Positions 1 through 9,563 of a stretch of DNA of 64,000 nucleotides are shown here, one piece after another; position 1 is the first letter of the stretch; each line of letters opens with the position of its first letter. The translations under genes were made by a program, and so were the position numbers. Below the pieces are notes generated by a model. The model searched no databases. It worked only from the letters and a program-made list of their open reading frames with translations, and had not been told where the DNA came from. The stretch lies in NCBI RefSeq assembly GCF_988242995.1, contig NZ_OZ547043.1. One strand, written 5' to 3'.

Positions 1-230
1 AAGATCCGGTCGGTTCCACCATTGAGGCGATCAAAGAGGCGAAAGCGATCGCCGCTGCCGAAGGACGTGAGTTGATCATTCTCGCCTATGTGCTGGGTAC
101 CGATCTTGATACGCCATCATTAGAACAACAAAGCCAGATGTTGCTTGATGCCGGAGTGATTCTGGCCAGCAGCAGCACCAATACCGGATTGCTGGCGCGT
201 GAATTTATCTGCAAAGGGGAGGAAGCCTGA
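1..230 (+). CDS. yahF: C-terminal fragment of FdrA-like (acyl-CoA synthetase / succinyl-CoA ligase alpha-like) protein; 5' end lies outside the window
   Basis: Open frame from the window edge (codons in phase from nt 3) ending at TGA 228-230, overlapping the ATG of the next gene; lies upstream of yahG as in K-12 gene order. Confidence 0.55.
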   Translation, partial: DPVGSTIEAIKEAKAIAAAEGRELIILAYVLGTDLDTPSLEQQSQMLLDAGVILASSSTNTGLLAREFICKGEEA

Positions 231-1648
231 TGAGCCCGTCACTGTTTAGCCAACCGTTGAACGTTATTAACGTCGGTATCGCCATGTTTAGCGATGATCT
301 GAAAAAGCAGCATGTAGAAGTGACCCAACTCGACTGGACGCCGCCGGGGCAGGGCAATATGCAGGTGGTGCAGGCGCTGGATAACATTGCCGATTCGCCG
401 CTGGCAGACAAAATCGCCGCCGCTAACCAGCAGGCGCTGGAGCGCATTATCCAGTCGCATCCGGTGCTGATTGGTTTTGATCAGGCGATAAACGTGGTGC
501 CGGGCATGACGCCGAAAACCATTCTTCACGCCGGGCCGCCGATCACCTGGGAAAAAATGTGCGGCGCGATGAAAGGCGCGGTCACCGGGGCGCTGGTGTT
601 CGAAGGGCTGGCGAAAGATCTCGACGAGGCGGCTGAACTGGCGGCCTCCGGGGAGATCTCCTTCTCGCCGTGCCACGAACATGACTGCGTGGGATCGATG
701 GCGGGTGTTACCTCGGCCTCGATGTTTATGCACATCGTAAAAAACAAAACCTACGGCAACATCGCTTACACCAATATGAGTGAGCAGATGGCGAAGATTT
801 TGCGTATGGGCGCTAACGACCAGAGCGTGATTGACCGCCTCAACTGGATGCGCGATGTGCAGGGGCCAATGCTGCGCGACGCGATGAAAATTATCGGCGA
901 AATCGATCTGCGCTTAATGCTGGCGCAAGCGCTGCATATGGGCGATGAATGCCATAACCGCAATAACGCCGGGACGACGCTGCTGATTCAGGCGCTGACG
1001 CCGGGGATTATTCAGGCGGGTTATTCCGTCGAGCAACAGCGCGAAGTGTTTGAGTTTGTCGCCAGCAGCGACTACTTCTCCGGCCCGACGTGGATGGCGA
1101 TGTGTAAAGCGGCGATGGATGCGGCGCACGGCATCGAATACAGCACCGTGGTCACCACCATGGCGCGTAACGGCGTCGAGTTCGGCCTGCGGGTCAGCGG
1201 CCTGCCGGGGCAATGGTTTACCGGCCCGGCGCAGCAGGTGATCGGCCCGATGTTTGCCGGTTATAAGCCGGAAGATTCGGGGCTGGATATCGGCGACAGC
1301 GCCATCACTGAAACCTACGGCATTGGCGGATTTGCCATGGCGACCGCGCCTGCTATCGTCGCGCTGGTGGGCGGTACGGTGGAAGAGGCTATCGATTTCT
1401 CCCGCCAGATGCGTGAAATCACTCTCGGTGAAAACCCCAACGTCACCATTCCGCTGCTCGGTTTTATGGGCGTGCCGTCGGCAATCGACATCACCCGCGT
1501 GGGCAGCAGCGGCATTCTGCCGGTGATCAACACCGCCATCGCCCATAAAGATGCGGGCGTCGGCATGATTGGTGCGGGCATTGTGCATCCACCATTCGCC
1601 TGCTTCGAGAAAGCCATTCTCGGCTGGTGCGAACGTTACGGCGTCTGA
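230..1648 (+). CDS. yahG: DUF1116-family protein
   Basis: 472-aa ORF; length and sequence recognised as E. coli YahG; coupled to upstream gene. Confidence 0.85.
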   Translation: MSPSLFSQPLNVINVGIAMFSDDLKKQHVEVTQLDWTPPGQGNMQVVQALDNIADSPLADKIAAANQQALERIIQSHPVLIGFDQAINVVPGMTPKTILHAGPPITWEKMCGAMKGAVTGALVFEGLAKDLDEAAELAASGEISFSPCHEHDCVGSMAGVTSASMFMHIVKNKTYGNIAYTNMSEQMAKILRMGANDQSVIDRLNWMRDVQGPMLRDAMKIIGEIDLRLMLAQALHMGDECHNRNNAGTTLLIQALTPGIIQAGYSVEQQREVFEFVASSDYFSGPTWMAMCKAAMDAAHGIEYSTVVTTMARNGVEFGLRVSGLPGQWFTGPAQQVIGPMFAGYKPEDSGLDIGDSAITETYGIGGFAMATAPAIVALVGGTVEEAIDFSRQMREITLGENPNVTIPLLGFMGVPSAIDITRVGSSGILPVINTAIAHKDAGVGMIGAGIVHPPFACFEKAILGWCERYGV

Positions 1649-1742
1649 CCTGCAAACGCACCTTACGATCCCTTCTCCCTTCTGGGGAGAGGGGCAACCT
1701 CACTCTCATAACCCCATCACCCACTGTAGCGGACATAACAAC

Positions 1743-2693
1743 ATGAAAGAACTTGTGGTCGTTGCCATTGGTGGCAACAGCATTATCAAAGATAACGCCA
1801 GCCAGTCGATTGAGCATCAGGCGGAGGCGGTGAAAGCCGTCGCCGATACGGTGCTGGAAATGCTGGCTTCCGATTACGACATTGTGCTGACCCACGGCAA
1901 CGGACCGCAGGTCGGTTTGGATTTACGCCGCGCGGAGATTGCCCACGAGCGCGAAGGGCTGCCCTTAACGCCGCTGGCGAACTGTGTGGCGGATACGCAA
2001 GGCGGCATTGGCTACTTGATCCAACAGGCGCTGAATAACCGACTGGCGCGTCACGGTGAGAAAAAAGCCGTCACCGTGGTGACTCAGGTGGAAGTGGATA
2101 AAAACGATCCGGGTTTTGCTCATCCCACCAAGCCCATCGGCGCATTCTTCAGTGAAAGCCAGCGTGACGAATTACAAAAGGCAAACCCTGACTGGCGTTT
2201 TGTTGAAGATGCCGGACGGGGCTATCGCCGCGTGGTCGCCTCGCCGGAACCGAAACGTATTGTCGAAGCACCTGCCATTAAGGCGCTGATCCAACAAGGT
2301 TTTGTGGTGATTGGCGCGGGCGGCGGTGGAATTCCGGTGGTGTGCAGTGAAGCGGGGGATTACCAAAGCGTGGACGCGGTTATCGACAAAGATCTCTCTA
2401 CCGCGCTATTGGCCCGTGAAATTCACGCCGACATTCTGGTGATCACCACCGGCGTCGAAAAAGTGTGTATTCACTTTGGCAAGCCGCAGCAGCAGGCGCT
2501 GGATCGGGTGGATATTGCCACCATGACCCGCTATATGCAGGAAGGGCATTTCCCGCCTGGCAGCATGTTGCCAAAAATCATCGCCAGCCTGACGTTCCTG
2601 GAGCAGGGCGGCAAAGAAGTGATTATCACCACGCCGGAATGCCTGCCTGCGGCGCTGCGCGGTGAAACAGGCACACATATTATTAAAACGTAA
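1743..2693 (+). CDS. yahI: carbamate kinase-like protein
   Basis: 316 aa from ATG 1743 (MKELVVVAIGGNS...), typical carbamate kinase N-terminus; the ORF-track start at 1569 is an upstream extension. Confidence 0.85.
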   Translation: MKELVVVAIGGNSIIKDNASQSIEHQAEAVKAVADTVLEMLASDYDIVLTHGNGPQVGLDLRRAEIAHEREGLPLTPLANCVADTQGGIGYLIQQALNNRLARHGEKKAVTVVTQVEVDKNDPGFAHPTKPIGAFFSESQRDELQKANPDWRFVEDAGRGYRRVVASPEPKRIVEAPAIKALIQQGFVVIGAGGGGIPVVCSEAGDYQSVDAVIDKDLSTALLAREIHADILVITTGVEKVCIHFGKPQQQALDRVDIATMTRYMQEGHFPPGSMLPKIIASLTFLEQGGKEVIITTPECLPAALRGETGTHIIKT

Positions 2694-2702
2694 GGACGTA
2701 AG

Positions 2703-4085
2703 ATGAAAAAAAACAATAGCCGCCGTGAGTTTCTGAGCCAGAGCTGTAAGATGGTCACCGCCGCCGCGCTGTTTGGTACCTCTGTGCCGCTCGCCCATGC
2801 GGCAGTCTCTGGCACCCTAAACTGCGACGCGAATAACACCATGAAAATCACTGACCCGCACTACTATCTCGACAACGTGCTGCTGGAAACCGGTTTTGAC
2901 TACGAAAACGGTGTGGCGGTACAGACCCGCACGGCGCACCAGACCGTAGAGATTCAGAACGGCAAAATTGTTGCCCTGCGCGAGAACAAGCAGCATCCGG
3001 ACGCCACGCTGCCGCACTATGACGCTGGCGGTAAGCTGATGCTGCCCACCACCCGCGACATGCATATTCATCTCGACAAAACCTTTTACGGCGGGCCGTG
3101 GCGCTCGCTCAATCGCCCGGCAGGCACCACCATCCAGGACATGATCAAACTCGAGCAGAAAATGCTGCCGGAGCTGCAACCGTACACTCAGGAACGAGCG
3201 GAAAAACTGATCGATTTATTGCAGTCGAAAGGCACTACCATTGCCCGCAGCCACTGCAATATCGAACCGGTTTCCGGCCTGAAAAATCTGCAAAATTTGC
3301 AGGCGGTGCTGGCGCGACGTCAGGCGGGCTTCGAGTGTGAAATTGTCGCCTTCCCGCAGCACGGTTTGCTGCTGTCGAAATCGGAACCCTTAATGCGTGA
3401 AGCGATGCAGGCGGGGGCGCATTACGTCGGCGGTCTGGATCCGACCAGTGTTGATGGCGCGATGGAAAAATCCCTCGATACCATGTTCCAGATTGCGCTG
3501 GACTACGACAAAGGCGTTGATATTCACCTGCACGAAACCACTCCGGCAGGCGTGGCAGCCATCAATTATATGGTTGAAACGGTGGAGAAAACGCCGCAAC
3601 TGAAGGGCAAGCTGACCATCAGCCACGCCTTTGCGCTGGCAACGCTCAATGAGCAACAGGTAGATGAACTGGCGCACCGGATGGCGGCGCAGCAAATTTC
3701 TATCGCCTCGACGGTGCCGATTGGCACGCTGCATATGCCGCTCAAACAGTTGCACGACAAAGGCGTAAAAGTGATGACCGGCACCGACAGCGTTATCGAC
3801 CACTGGTCGCCTTACGGCCTGGGCGACATGCTGGAAAAAGCCAATCTGTACGCGCAGCTCTATATTCGTCCTAACGAACAGAACCTCTCCCGCTCGCTGT
3901 TTTTAGCCACTGGCGATGTATTGCCGCTCAACGAAAAAGGCGAGCGCGTGTGGCCCAAAGCGCAGGATGATGCCAGCTTTGTGCTGGTGGACGCCTCCTG
4001 TTCCGCCGAGGCGGTGGCGCGTATCTCGCCGAGAACGGCGACGTTCCATAAAGGGCAACTGGTGTGGGGGAGTGTGGCAGGTTGA
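2703..4085 (+). CDS. yahJ: amidohydrolase-family deaminase with Tat signal peptide
   Basis: 460 aa; N-terminal SRREFLSQ twin-arginine motif; metal-dependent hydrolase His motifs (HIHLD). Confidence 0.85.
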   Translation: MKKNNSRREFLSQSCKMVTAAALFGTSVPLAHAAVSGTLNCDANNTMKITDPHYYLDNVLLETGFDYENGVAVQTRTAHQTVEIQNGKIVALRENKQHPDATLPHYDAGGKLMLPTTRDMHIHLDKTFYGGPWRSLNRPAGTTIQDMIKLEQKMLPELQPYTQERAEKLIDLLQSKGTTIARSHCNIEPVSGLKNLQNLQAVLARRQAGFECEIVAFPQHGLLLSKSEPLMREAMQAGAHYVGGLDPTSVDGAMEKSLDTMFQIALDYDKGVDIHLHETTPAGVAAINYMVETVEKTPQLKGKLTISHAFALATLNEQQVDELAHRMAAQQISIASTVPIGTLHMPLKQLHDKGVKVMTGTDSVIDHWSPYGLGDMLEKANLYAQLYIRPNEQNLSRSLFLATGDVLPLNEKGERVWPKAQDDASFVLVDASCSAEAVARISPRTATFHKGQLVWGSVAG

Positions 4086-4379
4086 TACGCATTTGAAACG
4101 CCTGCAATGGTGAATCGTAAGAGATTTAAAGCCCCAGGGAGTGGGGCGGGAATGGTTTGTTAATGAATGATCCTGAACTTTATAATCTCCCGGCATAATT
4201 TCCAGGGGATTATTTGAGAGAAATACACAAAAGTGAGTTTTAACAATATTTATCAAGCCATAAATGTGACCTGCTTCGGATAAAAAAGATTAAAAATAGA
4301 AAAACCAATGATACTCTTGCTGATGGTTATCAACAGTAATTAAGATGTGATTTTTTTCCGTAATCGCGAAAATATTCTC

Positions 4380-4790
4380 ATGACCATAAAAGAAAAAATC
4401 TCACAAAAATATCCCCATGCTTCCTTTTGTACTTTTGGCGATTCAGCAGCGTTGGCCGATCACCTCGCAACGTTGATTGCGACAGGTGTTAAAACAGCTT
4501 CCTGTGGTTCGCTGGCGGGATGTATTGAAGACAACGCATTTCCGATGATTGGTGAGTATAAGATTGTAGAAAATAGCCGTGGTGAGCCTGTCTGTGTTAT
4601 CAGAGTGATTGGCCTGCATTTACTGCGCTTTTCTGATGTCACCGCGGAGCTTGCCCGTAAGGAAGGTGAAGGTGACCTCAGTCTTGAATATTGGCGTAAT
4701 GAACACCGTCGTTTTTTCCAGGCAGAAGGATGCTATTCACCCGAAATGGACGTTATCTTTGAAGAATATGCCCTTATTGACGTTGTGTAG
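4380..4790 (+). CDS. ASCH-domain protein (YqfB-like fold); not present at this locus in K-12
   Basis: 136 aa from ATG 4380 (MTIKEK...); ASCH-like sequence; an alternative GTG start at 4347 is possible; flanked by AT-rich non-coding DNA. Confidence 0.55.
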   Translation: MTIKEKISQKYPHASFCTFGDSAALADHLATLIATGVKTASCGSLAGCIEDNAFPMIGEYKIVENSRGEPVCVIRVIGLHLLRFSDVTAELARKEGEGDLSLEYWRNEHRRFFQAEGCYSPEMDVIFEEYALIDVV

Positions 4791-5040
4791 ATAACTATTT
4801 TTCTACGCGAAATAAGCTCACAAACATAAAGTATCGCTAATTTTGTTTATTTTGCTGTTTTTTACGTGATGATTGTCACACTTATTGTTACTGCCCGTTT
4901 TGTCCATATTTATAACCAAATTTTTAATAGCTGCCTGAAATAGGGCTGTTTATTCTGCATAAAAATATTCGAAAATTCTTATTCTCTCCAGCGCGCTAAT
5001 TTGGGCGAACACTTCCTGACTACCCTGCAATGAGGCTGAA

Positions 5041-6027
5041 ATGATGAATAAACGTTTTGTTATCAATATGGTGTCTTCGCTGTTATTAGGCGCTGCGCTA
5101 ATTTCTGCGCCGCTCCAGGCAGCGGAAAAAGTCGTGGTGAATATCTCTAAAGTCGATGGTATGCCGTGGTTTAATCGCATGGGCGAAGGTGTGGTCGAGG
5201 CGGGTAAAGCCTTTGGTGTTAATGCGTCACAGGTGGGGCCTTCAAGTACTGATGCTCCGCAACAGGTTAAAATCATTGAGGATTTAATCGCCCGTAAGGT
5301 TAATGCAATTACAATTGTGCCAAACGATGCCAACGTGCTGGAACCGGTATTCAAAAAAGCGCGAGATGCCGGAATTGTGGTTCTGACCAACGAATCCCCC
5401 GGTCAGCCAAGTGCTAACTGGGATATCGAAATCATTGATAACGAAAAATTTGCCGCTGAATATGTTGAGCATATGGCGAAACGCATGGGTGGCAAGGGCG
5501 GCTATGTGATTTACGTGGGTAGTTTGACCGTGCCGCAGCATAACTTATGGGCTGACTTGCTGGTGAAATACCAGAAAGAGCATTACCCGGATATGCATGA
5601 AGTTACCCGCCGCATGCCGGTTGCCGAGAGTGTGGATGACTCACGTCGTACCACACTGGACCTCATGAAAACCTATCCTGACTTGAAAGCGGTTGTCTCC
5701 TTTGGTTCAAACGGTCCGATTGGCGCGGGACGTGCAGTGAAAGAGAAACGGGCGAAAAATAAAGTCGCAGTCTATGGCATGATGATCCCTTCACAGGCGG
5801 CATCACTGATTAAAAGTGGTGATATCACCGAAGGGATTACTTACGATCCGGCCTCTGCAGGTTACGCACTCGCGGCCGTCGCCAGCACGTTGCTGAAGGG
5901 TGAAGAGATCAAACCTGGATTAGAAATGGAGAATCTCGGTAAGGCCGACGTAGATATGGATAAGCGAATTATCCGTTTCCATAAGGTATTACTGGTCAAC
6001 AAAGACAATATCGACTCACTTTATTAA
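5041..6027 (+). CDS. periplasmic monosaccharide-binding protein of a CUT2 ABC transporter (LsrB/YtfQ-like)
   Basis: 328 aa; signal peptide (LLGAALISAPLQAAEK); C-terminal ...VNKDNIDSLY resembles the LsrB family; first gene of a PBP-ATPase-permease-permease block. Confidence 0.8.
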   Translation: MMNKRFVINMVSSLLLGAALISAPLQAAEKVVVNISKVDGMPWFNRMGEGVVEAGKAFGVNASQVGPSSTDAPQQVKIIEDLIARKVNAITIVPNDANVLEPVFKKARDAGIVVLTNESPGQPSANWDIEIIDNEKFAAEYVEHMAKRMGGKGGYVIYVGSLTVPQHNLWADLLVKYQKEHYPDMHEVTRRMPVAESVDDSRRTTLDLMKTYPDLKAVVSFGSNGPIGAGRAVKEKRAKNKVAVYGMMIPSQAASLIKSGDITEGITYDPASAGYALAAVASTLLKGEEIKPGLEMENLGKADVDMDKRIIRFHKVLLVNKDNIDSLY

Positions 6028-6075
6028 TCCATTTCTTCGGGGCGAAAGCCCCGATTCTTATTGCCAGGGGATGCT

Positions 6076-7560
6076 ATGGAAACCTTCCTTTCCCTTCGTC
6101 ATATCAACAAAACGTTTCATGCCACGCGAGCGCTGCGCGATGTTTCTCTCGACTTTATGTCGGGTGAGGTGCACTGCCTTGCCGGGCAAAACGGCTGTGG
6201 TAAATCGACGTTGATTAAAATTATGTCCGGTGTTTATCGCCCGGATGAGGGGGCGGAAATTACGCTTGGTGGGAAAAACTGGTCAAAGCTGACACCCGCC
6301 GCTTCGGTGGCGCAGGGGATTCAGGTGATTTATCAGGACCTCTCTTTATTTCCTAACCTGAGTGTCTGGGAGAATATCGCCGTGAATCACTATCACCACG
6401 GTCTGTTTGTTAACCGCCGTCGTCTGCGTGAGGTGGCGCAGGCGGCAATGACCAGTATTAACGTCACATTGCCACTGGATACGCTCGTTTCTGAGCTTTC
6501 AATTGCCCGCTGTCAGCTGGTGGCAATTTGCCGTGCACTGGCGCAGGACGCACGGTTGATCGTGATGGATGAACCAACCGCTTCGCTGACCCATCAGGAA
6601 GTGCAAGGGTTATTACAGGTGGTGCATCAATTGCGGGAACGCGGGATCTGCGTGGTCTTCGTCAGTCATCGTCTGGAAGAAGTGATGGAAGTTTCCGACC
6701 GTATTTCAGTGCTGAAAGATGGTGAGCTGGTCGGGACCTTTCCGGCCGCAGAGATGACCACAAAACAACTCAGTTTTCTGATGACCGGCCAGGAGTTCGA
6801 ATATCAGGTACGAGAGTTGTGGCAGGGAAAATCCAGCACCCCGGTGCTGGAGGTGCGTAATTTAAGTCGTCATGGGGAATATCAAAATATTAACTTGCGG
6901 GTGGAAGCGGGCGAAGTGGTGTCGATTGTTGGCCTGCTTGGTGCGGGGCGCACGGAATTATGTCTGAGTCTGTTTGGTATGACCCGACCGGATGCTGGTG
7001 AGATCCTCATCAACGGTCAGCCGGTTACACTGCATAGTAACCAGGACGCCATCCGCCACGGTATTGGTTATGTTTCGGAAGATCGCATGTCGCGCGGTTT
7101 GGTGATGGCGCAATCTATTGAAGACAACATCATTAGCACTGTTTTTCACAAGGTAAAAGATCGCTTCGGCTTTCTGAGTGAAGCTAAAGTGCGTGACCTG
7201 GTGGACAGGCTAATCAAGGCATTGACCATCAAAGTCTCTGACCCACATCTCCCGGTGAATACGCTTTCCGGGGGTAACGCGCAGCGAGTATCGATCGCCA
7301 AATGGCTGGCGATTGGGCCACGACTGTTGATTCTCGATAGCCCGACAGTCGGTGTTGATATCGCCAACAAAGCAGGAATATACGGCATTATCAGCGATCT
7401 GGCGGCTCATGGCATTGCGGTATTGATGATCTGCGATGAAATTGAAGAAGCGTGGTATCAAAGCCACCGGATTTTGGTAATGCAGAAAGGTCAGATCACC
7501 CATAGCTTCCTGCCTGACAGCAGTTCTCAGGCCAGGATTGCGGAGGTGGTAAATGGCTGA
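6076..7560 (+). CDS. sugar ABC transporter ATP-binding protein with two nucleotide-binding domains
   Basis: Walker A GQNGCGKST and a second NBD (GLLGAGRTEL), LSGG signature motifs; ATG 6076 preceded by GGGGA Shine-Dalgarno; the track start at 6061 is TTG. Confidence 0.85.
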   Translation: METFLSLRHINKTFHATRALRDVSLDFMSGEVHCLAGQNGCGKSTLIKIMSGVYRPDEGAEITLGGKNWSKLTPAASVAQGIQVIYQDLSLFPNLSVWENIAVNHYHHGLFVNRRRLREVAQAAMTSINVTLPLDTLVSELSIARCQLVAICRALAQDARLIVMDEPTASLTHQEVQGLLQVVHQLRERGICVVFVSHRLEEVMEVSDRISVLKDGELVGTFPAAEMTTKQLSFLMTGQEFEYQVRELWQGKSSTPVLEVRNLSRHGEYQNINLRVEAGEVVSIVGLLGAGRTELCLSLFGMTRPDAGEILINGQPVTLHSNQDAIRHGIGYVSEDRMSRGLVMAQSIEDNIISTVFHKVKDRFGFLSEAKVRDLVDRLIKALTIKVSDPHLPVNTLSGGNAQRVSIAKWLAIGPRLLILDSPTVGVDIANKAGIYGIISDLAAHGIAVLMICDEIEEAWYQSHRILVMQKGQITHSFLPDSSSQARIAEVVNG

Positions 7561-8524
7561 ACTGAAAAAACGTCATGAATTCTGGCTGGCATTACTGATT
7601 GTGGGGCTGTTTGTTGGCCTTGCCTGGCGCAGCGACGAGTTTCTGACATTCGGTAATTTGTACGATCTCGCCAATAACTATGCCATGTTGACTATTCTCG
7701 CCTGTGGTTTGTTTGTGGTGTTAATTTCCGGTGGGATTGATATTTCGTTTCCGGCAATGACCATCATTGCGCAATACGGCATGGTGCTGTTGCTGCAAAA
7801 AATTGGTGGCAACTTTGCTGTCGCGTTTGCACTGGCGGGCGGCATCGGCATTTTACTTGGCTTAATAAACGCCTTACTGGTTAATCGCCTACGGGTGCCG
7901 TCTATCATCATCACCATTTCGACGCTGAATATTTTCTATGGCCTGCTGTTATGGTTGAGTAAAGGTGTGTGGCTGTACGACTTTCCGCCGTGGTTTGAGC
8001 AGGGGGTAATGTTGTTCAAGTACACCGATGCTGACGGCTATGACTATGGCCTTGGTCTGCCGCTGATCGCCATGATTACGGTGGTGCTGCTAACAGCGTT
8101 TATCATGAATTTCACCAGTGTAGGGCGCAAAATTTATGCCCTTGGCGGGAACCGTGAATCAGCCAGTCGCATCGGCTTTAGCGTGCTGAAACTGCAACTT
8201 TTCGTTTACGGCTATATGGGATTGATGTCTGGTGCTGCGGGTGTAGTGCAGTCGTGGACGGTGATGACTGTCGCCCCCGATTCTCTTCTGGGTTATGAGC
8301 TGACAGTACTGGCTGCGGTGGTGCTTGGCGGCACTAGTTTGCTCGGCGGGCGCGGCACGTTAACCGGTACTTTGCTCGGCGTGGTGTTGTTGGCAGTGAT
8401 GCAAAACGGGCTAAATTTATTGGGAGTCTCGTCTTACTGGCAAACATTGATCACCGGCATCATCATCGTTGCCAGCATTAGTGCCACGGCGTGGAGTCAG
8501 CATCAGAACCGGAGTCTGCTATGA
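7553..8524 (+). CDS. sugar ABC transporter permease
   Basis: 323 aa, multi-pass hydrophobic; start overlaps the ATPase stop. Confidence 0.8.
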   Translation: MAELKKRHEFWLALLIVGLFVGLAWRSDEFLTFGNLYDLANNYAMLTILACGLFVVLISGGIDISFPAMTIIAQYGMVLLLQKIGGNFAVAFALAGGIGILLGLINALLVNRLRVPSIIITISTLNIFYGLLLWLSKGVWLYDFPPWFEQGVMLFKYTDADGYDYGLGLPLIAMITVVLLTAFIMNFTSVGRKIYALGGNRESASRIGFSVLKLQLFVYGYMGLMSGAAGVVQSWTVMTVAPDSLLGYELTVLAAVVLGGTSLLGGRGTLTGTLLGVVLLAVMQNGLNLLGVSSYWQTLITGIIIVASISATAWSQHQNRSLL

Positions 8525-9477
8525 AAAAATCGTGGCGTAACAACGTTGAGTTTTACTTGATCGGCCTGCTGGTGCTAACTGTTGCAGCCTTCAGCATTAC
8601 TATGCCGGAGATTTTCTGGTCGATAAGTAATTTCCAGTCCGTCGCTTCGCAAATGCCCGTGCTGGGCATTCTGGCGTTGGCTATGGCGGTGACCATGCTT
8701 TGCGGTGGCATTAACTTGTCAATTATTGCCACTGCTAACGCCTGTTCACTGGTAATGGCGTGGGTGGCGACTCAGTATCCACCGGGTATTGCTACGGTTG
8801 TCGCTACGCTGCTGGCGGGCGCTGGCGCGGCGGTGATAATCGGTTTATGTAACGGCGTATTGATTGCTGGTATTCGAGTGTCGCCAATTCTTGCAACGCT
8901 TGGGATGATGACGTTGCTCAAAGGGGTAAATATTCTGGTGACAGGCGGTAGCGCCATTGCCAATTATCCCTCATGGGTGCTGTGGTTGAATCATGCGCAA
9001 TGGTTCGGTATTCCGCTACCGATGTGGTTGTTTGCCGCAGTGGCACTGGGGCTGTGGATATTGCTGGAGAAAACGCCGCTCGGTAAAGCCATTTATCTGA
9101 TTGGTTCTAACGAACGAGCAACACTTTACTCCGGTATTAACACTCGTCGGGTGCTGATATGGGTGTATGTCATTTCCGCCTTACTTTGTGCGGTAGCGGC
9201 ATTTTTGATGATGTCGAAACTCAACTCGGCTAAGGCCTCTTATGGCGAATCGTACTTGCTGGTGTCAATCCTCGCGGCAGTACTCGGCGGGGTTAATCCG
9301 GACGGCGGCAGCGGGCGGATAATTGGTATGGTGCTGGCGCTGTTTCTTCTGCAAATTATTGAAAGCGGCTTCAATATTCTCGGTATAAGCCCCTACCTGA
9401 CGATGGCCTTATGGGGAACGTTGCTGCTCTGTTTCATTCAGGCTCGCGGCATGTTGGGGCTGGATCGGGTGGTTTAA
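8521..9477 (+). CDS. sugar ABC transporter permease (second subunit)
   Basis: ATG 8521 overlaps the upstream stop (ATGA); hydrophobic 318-aa product. Confidence 0.8.
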   Translation: MKKSWRNNVEFYLIGLLVLTVAAFSITMPEIFWSISNFQSVASQMPVLGILALAMAVTMLCGGINLSIIATANACSLVMAWVATQYPPGIATVVATLLAGAGAAVIIGLCNGVLIAGIRVSPILATLGMMTLLKGVNILVTGGSAIANYPSWVLWLNHAQWFGIPLPMWLFAAVALGLWILLEKTPLGKAIYLIGSNERATLYSGINTRRVLIWVYVISALLCAVAAFLMMSKLNSAKASYGESYLLVSILAAVLGGVNPDGGSGRIIGMVLALFLLQIIESGFNILGISPYLTMALWGTLLLCFIQARGMLGLDRVV

Positions 9478-9563
9478 ATATTGGCTATATTCAATGGACG
9501 CGTTTTGCCGCGATGACATATCAGGCATCGCCAAATACACATAGCTAATCAGGAGTAAACACA

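Noticed and set aside
1569-1742. Upstream extension of yahI
   Set aside because: It overlaps the yahG 3' end and a hairpin; the real start matches the conserved carbamate kinase N-terminus at 1743
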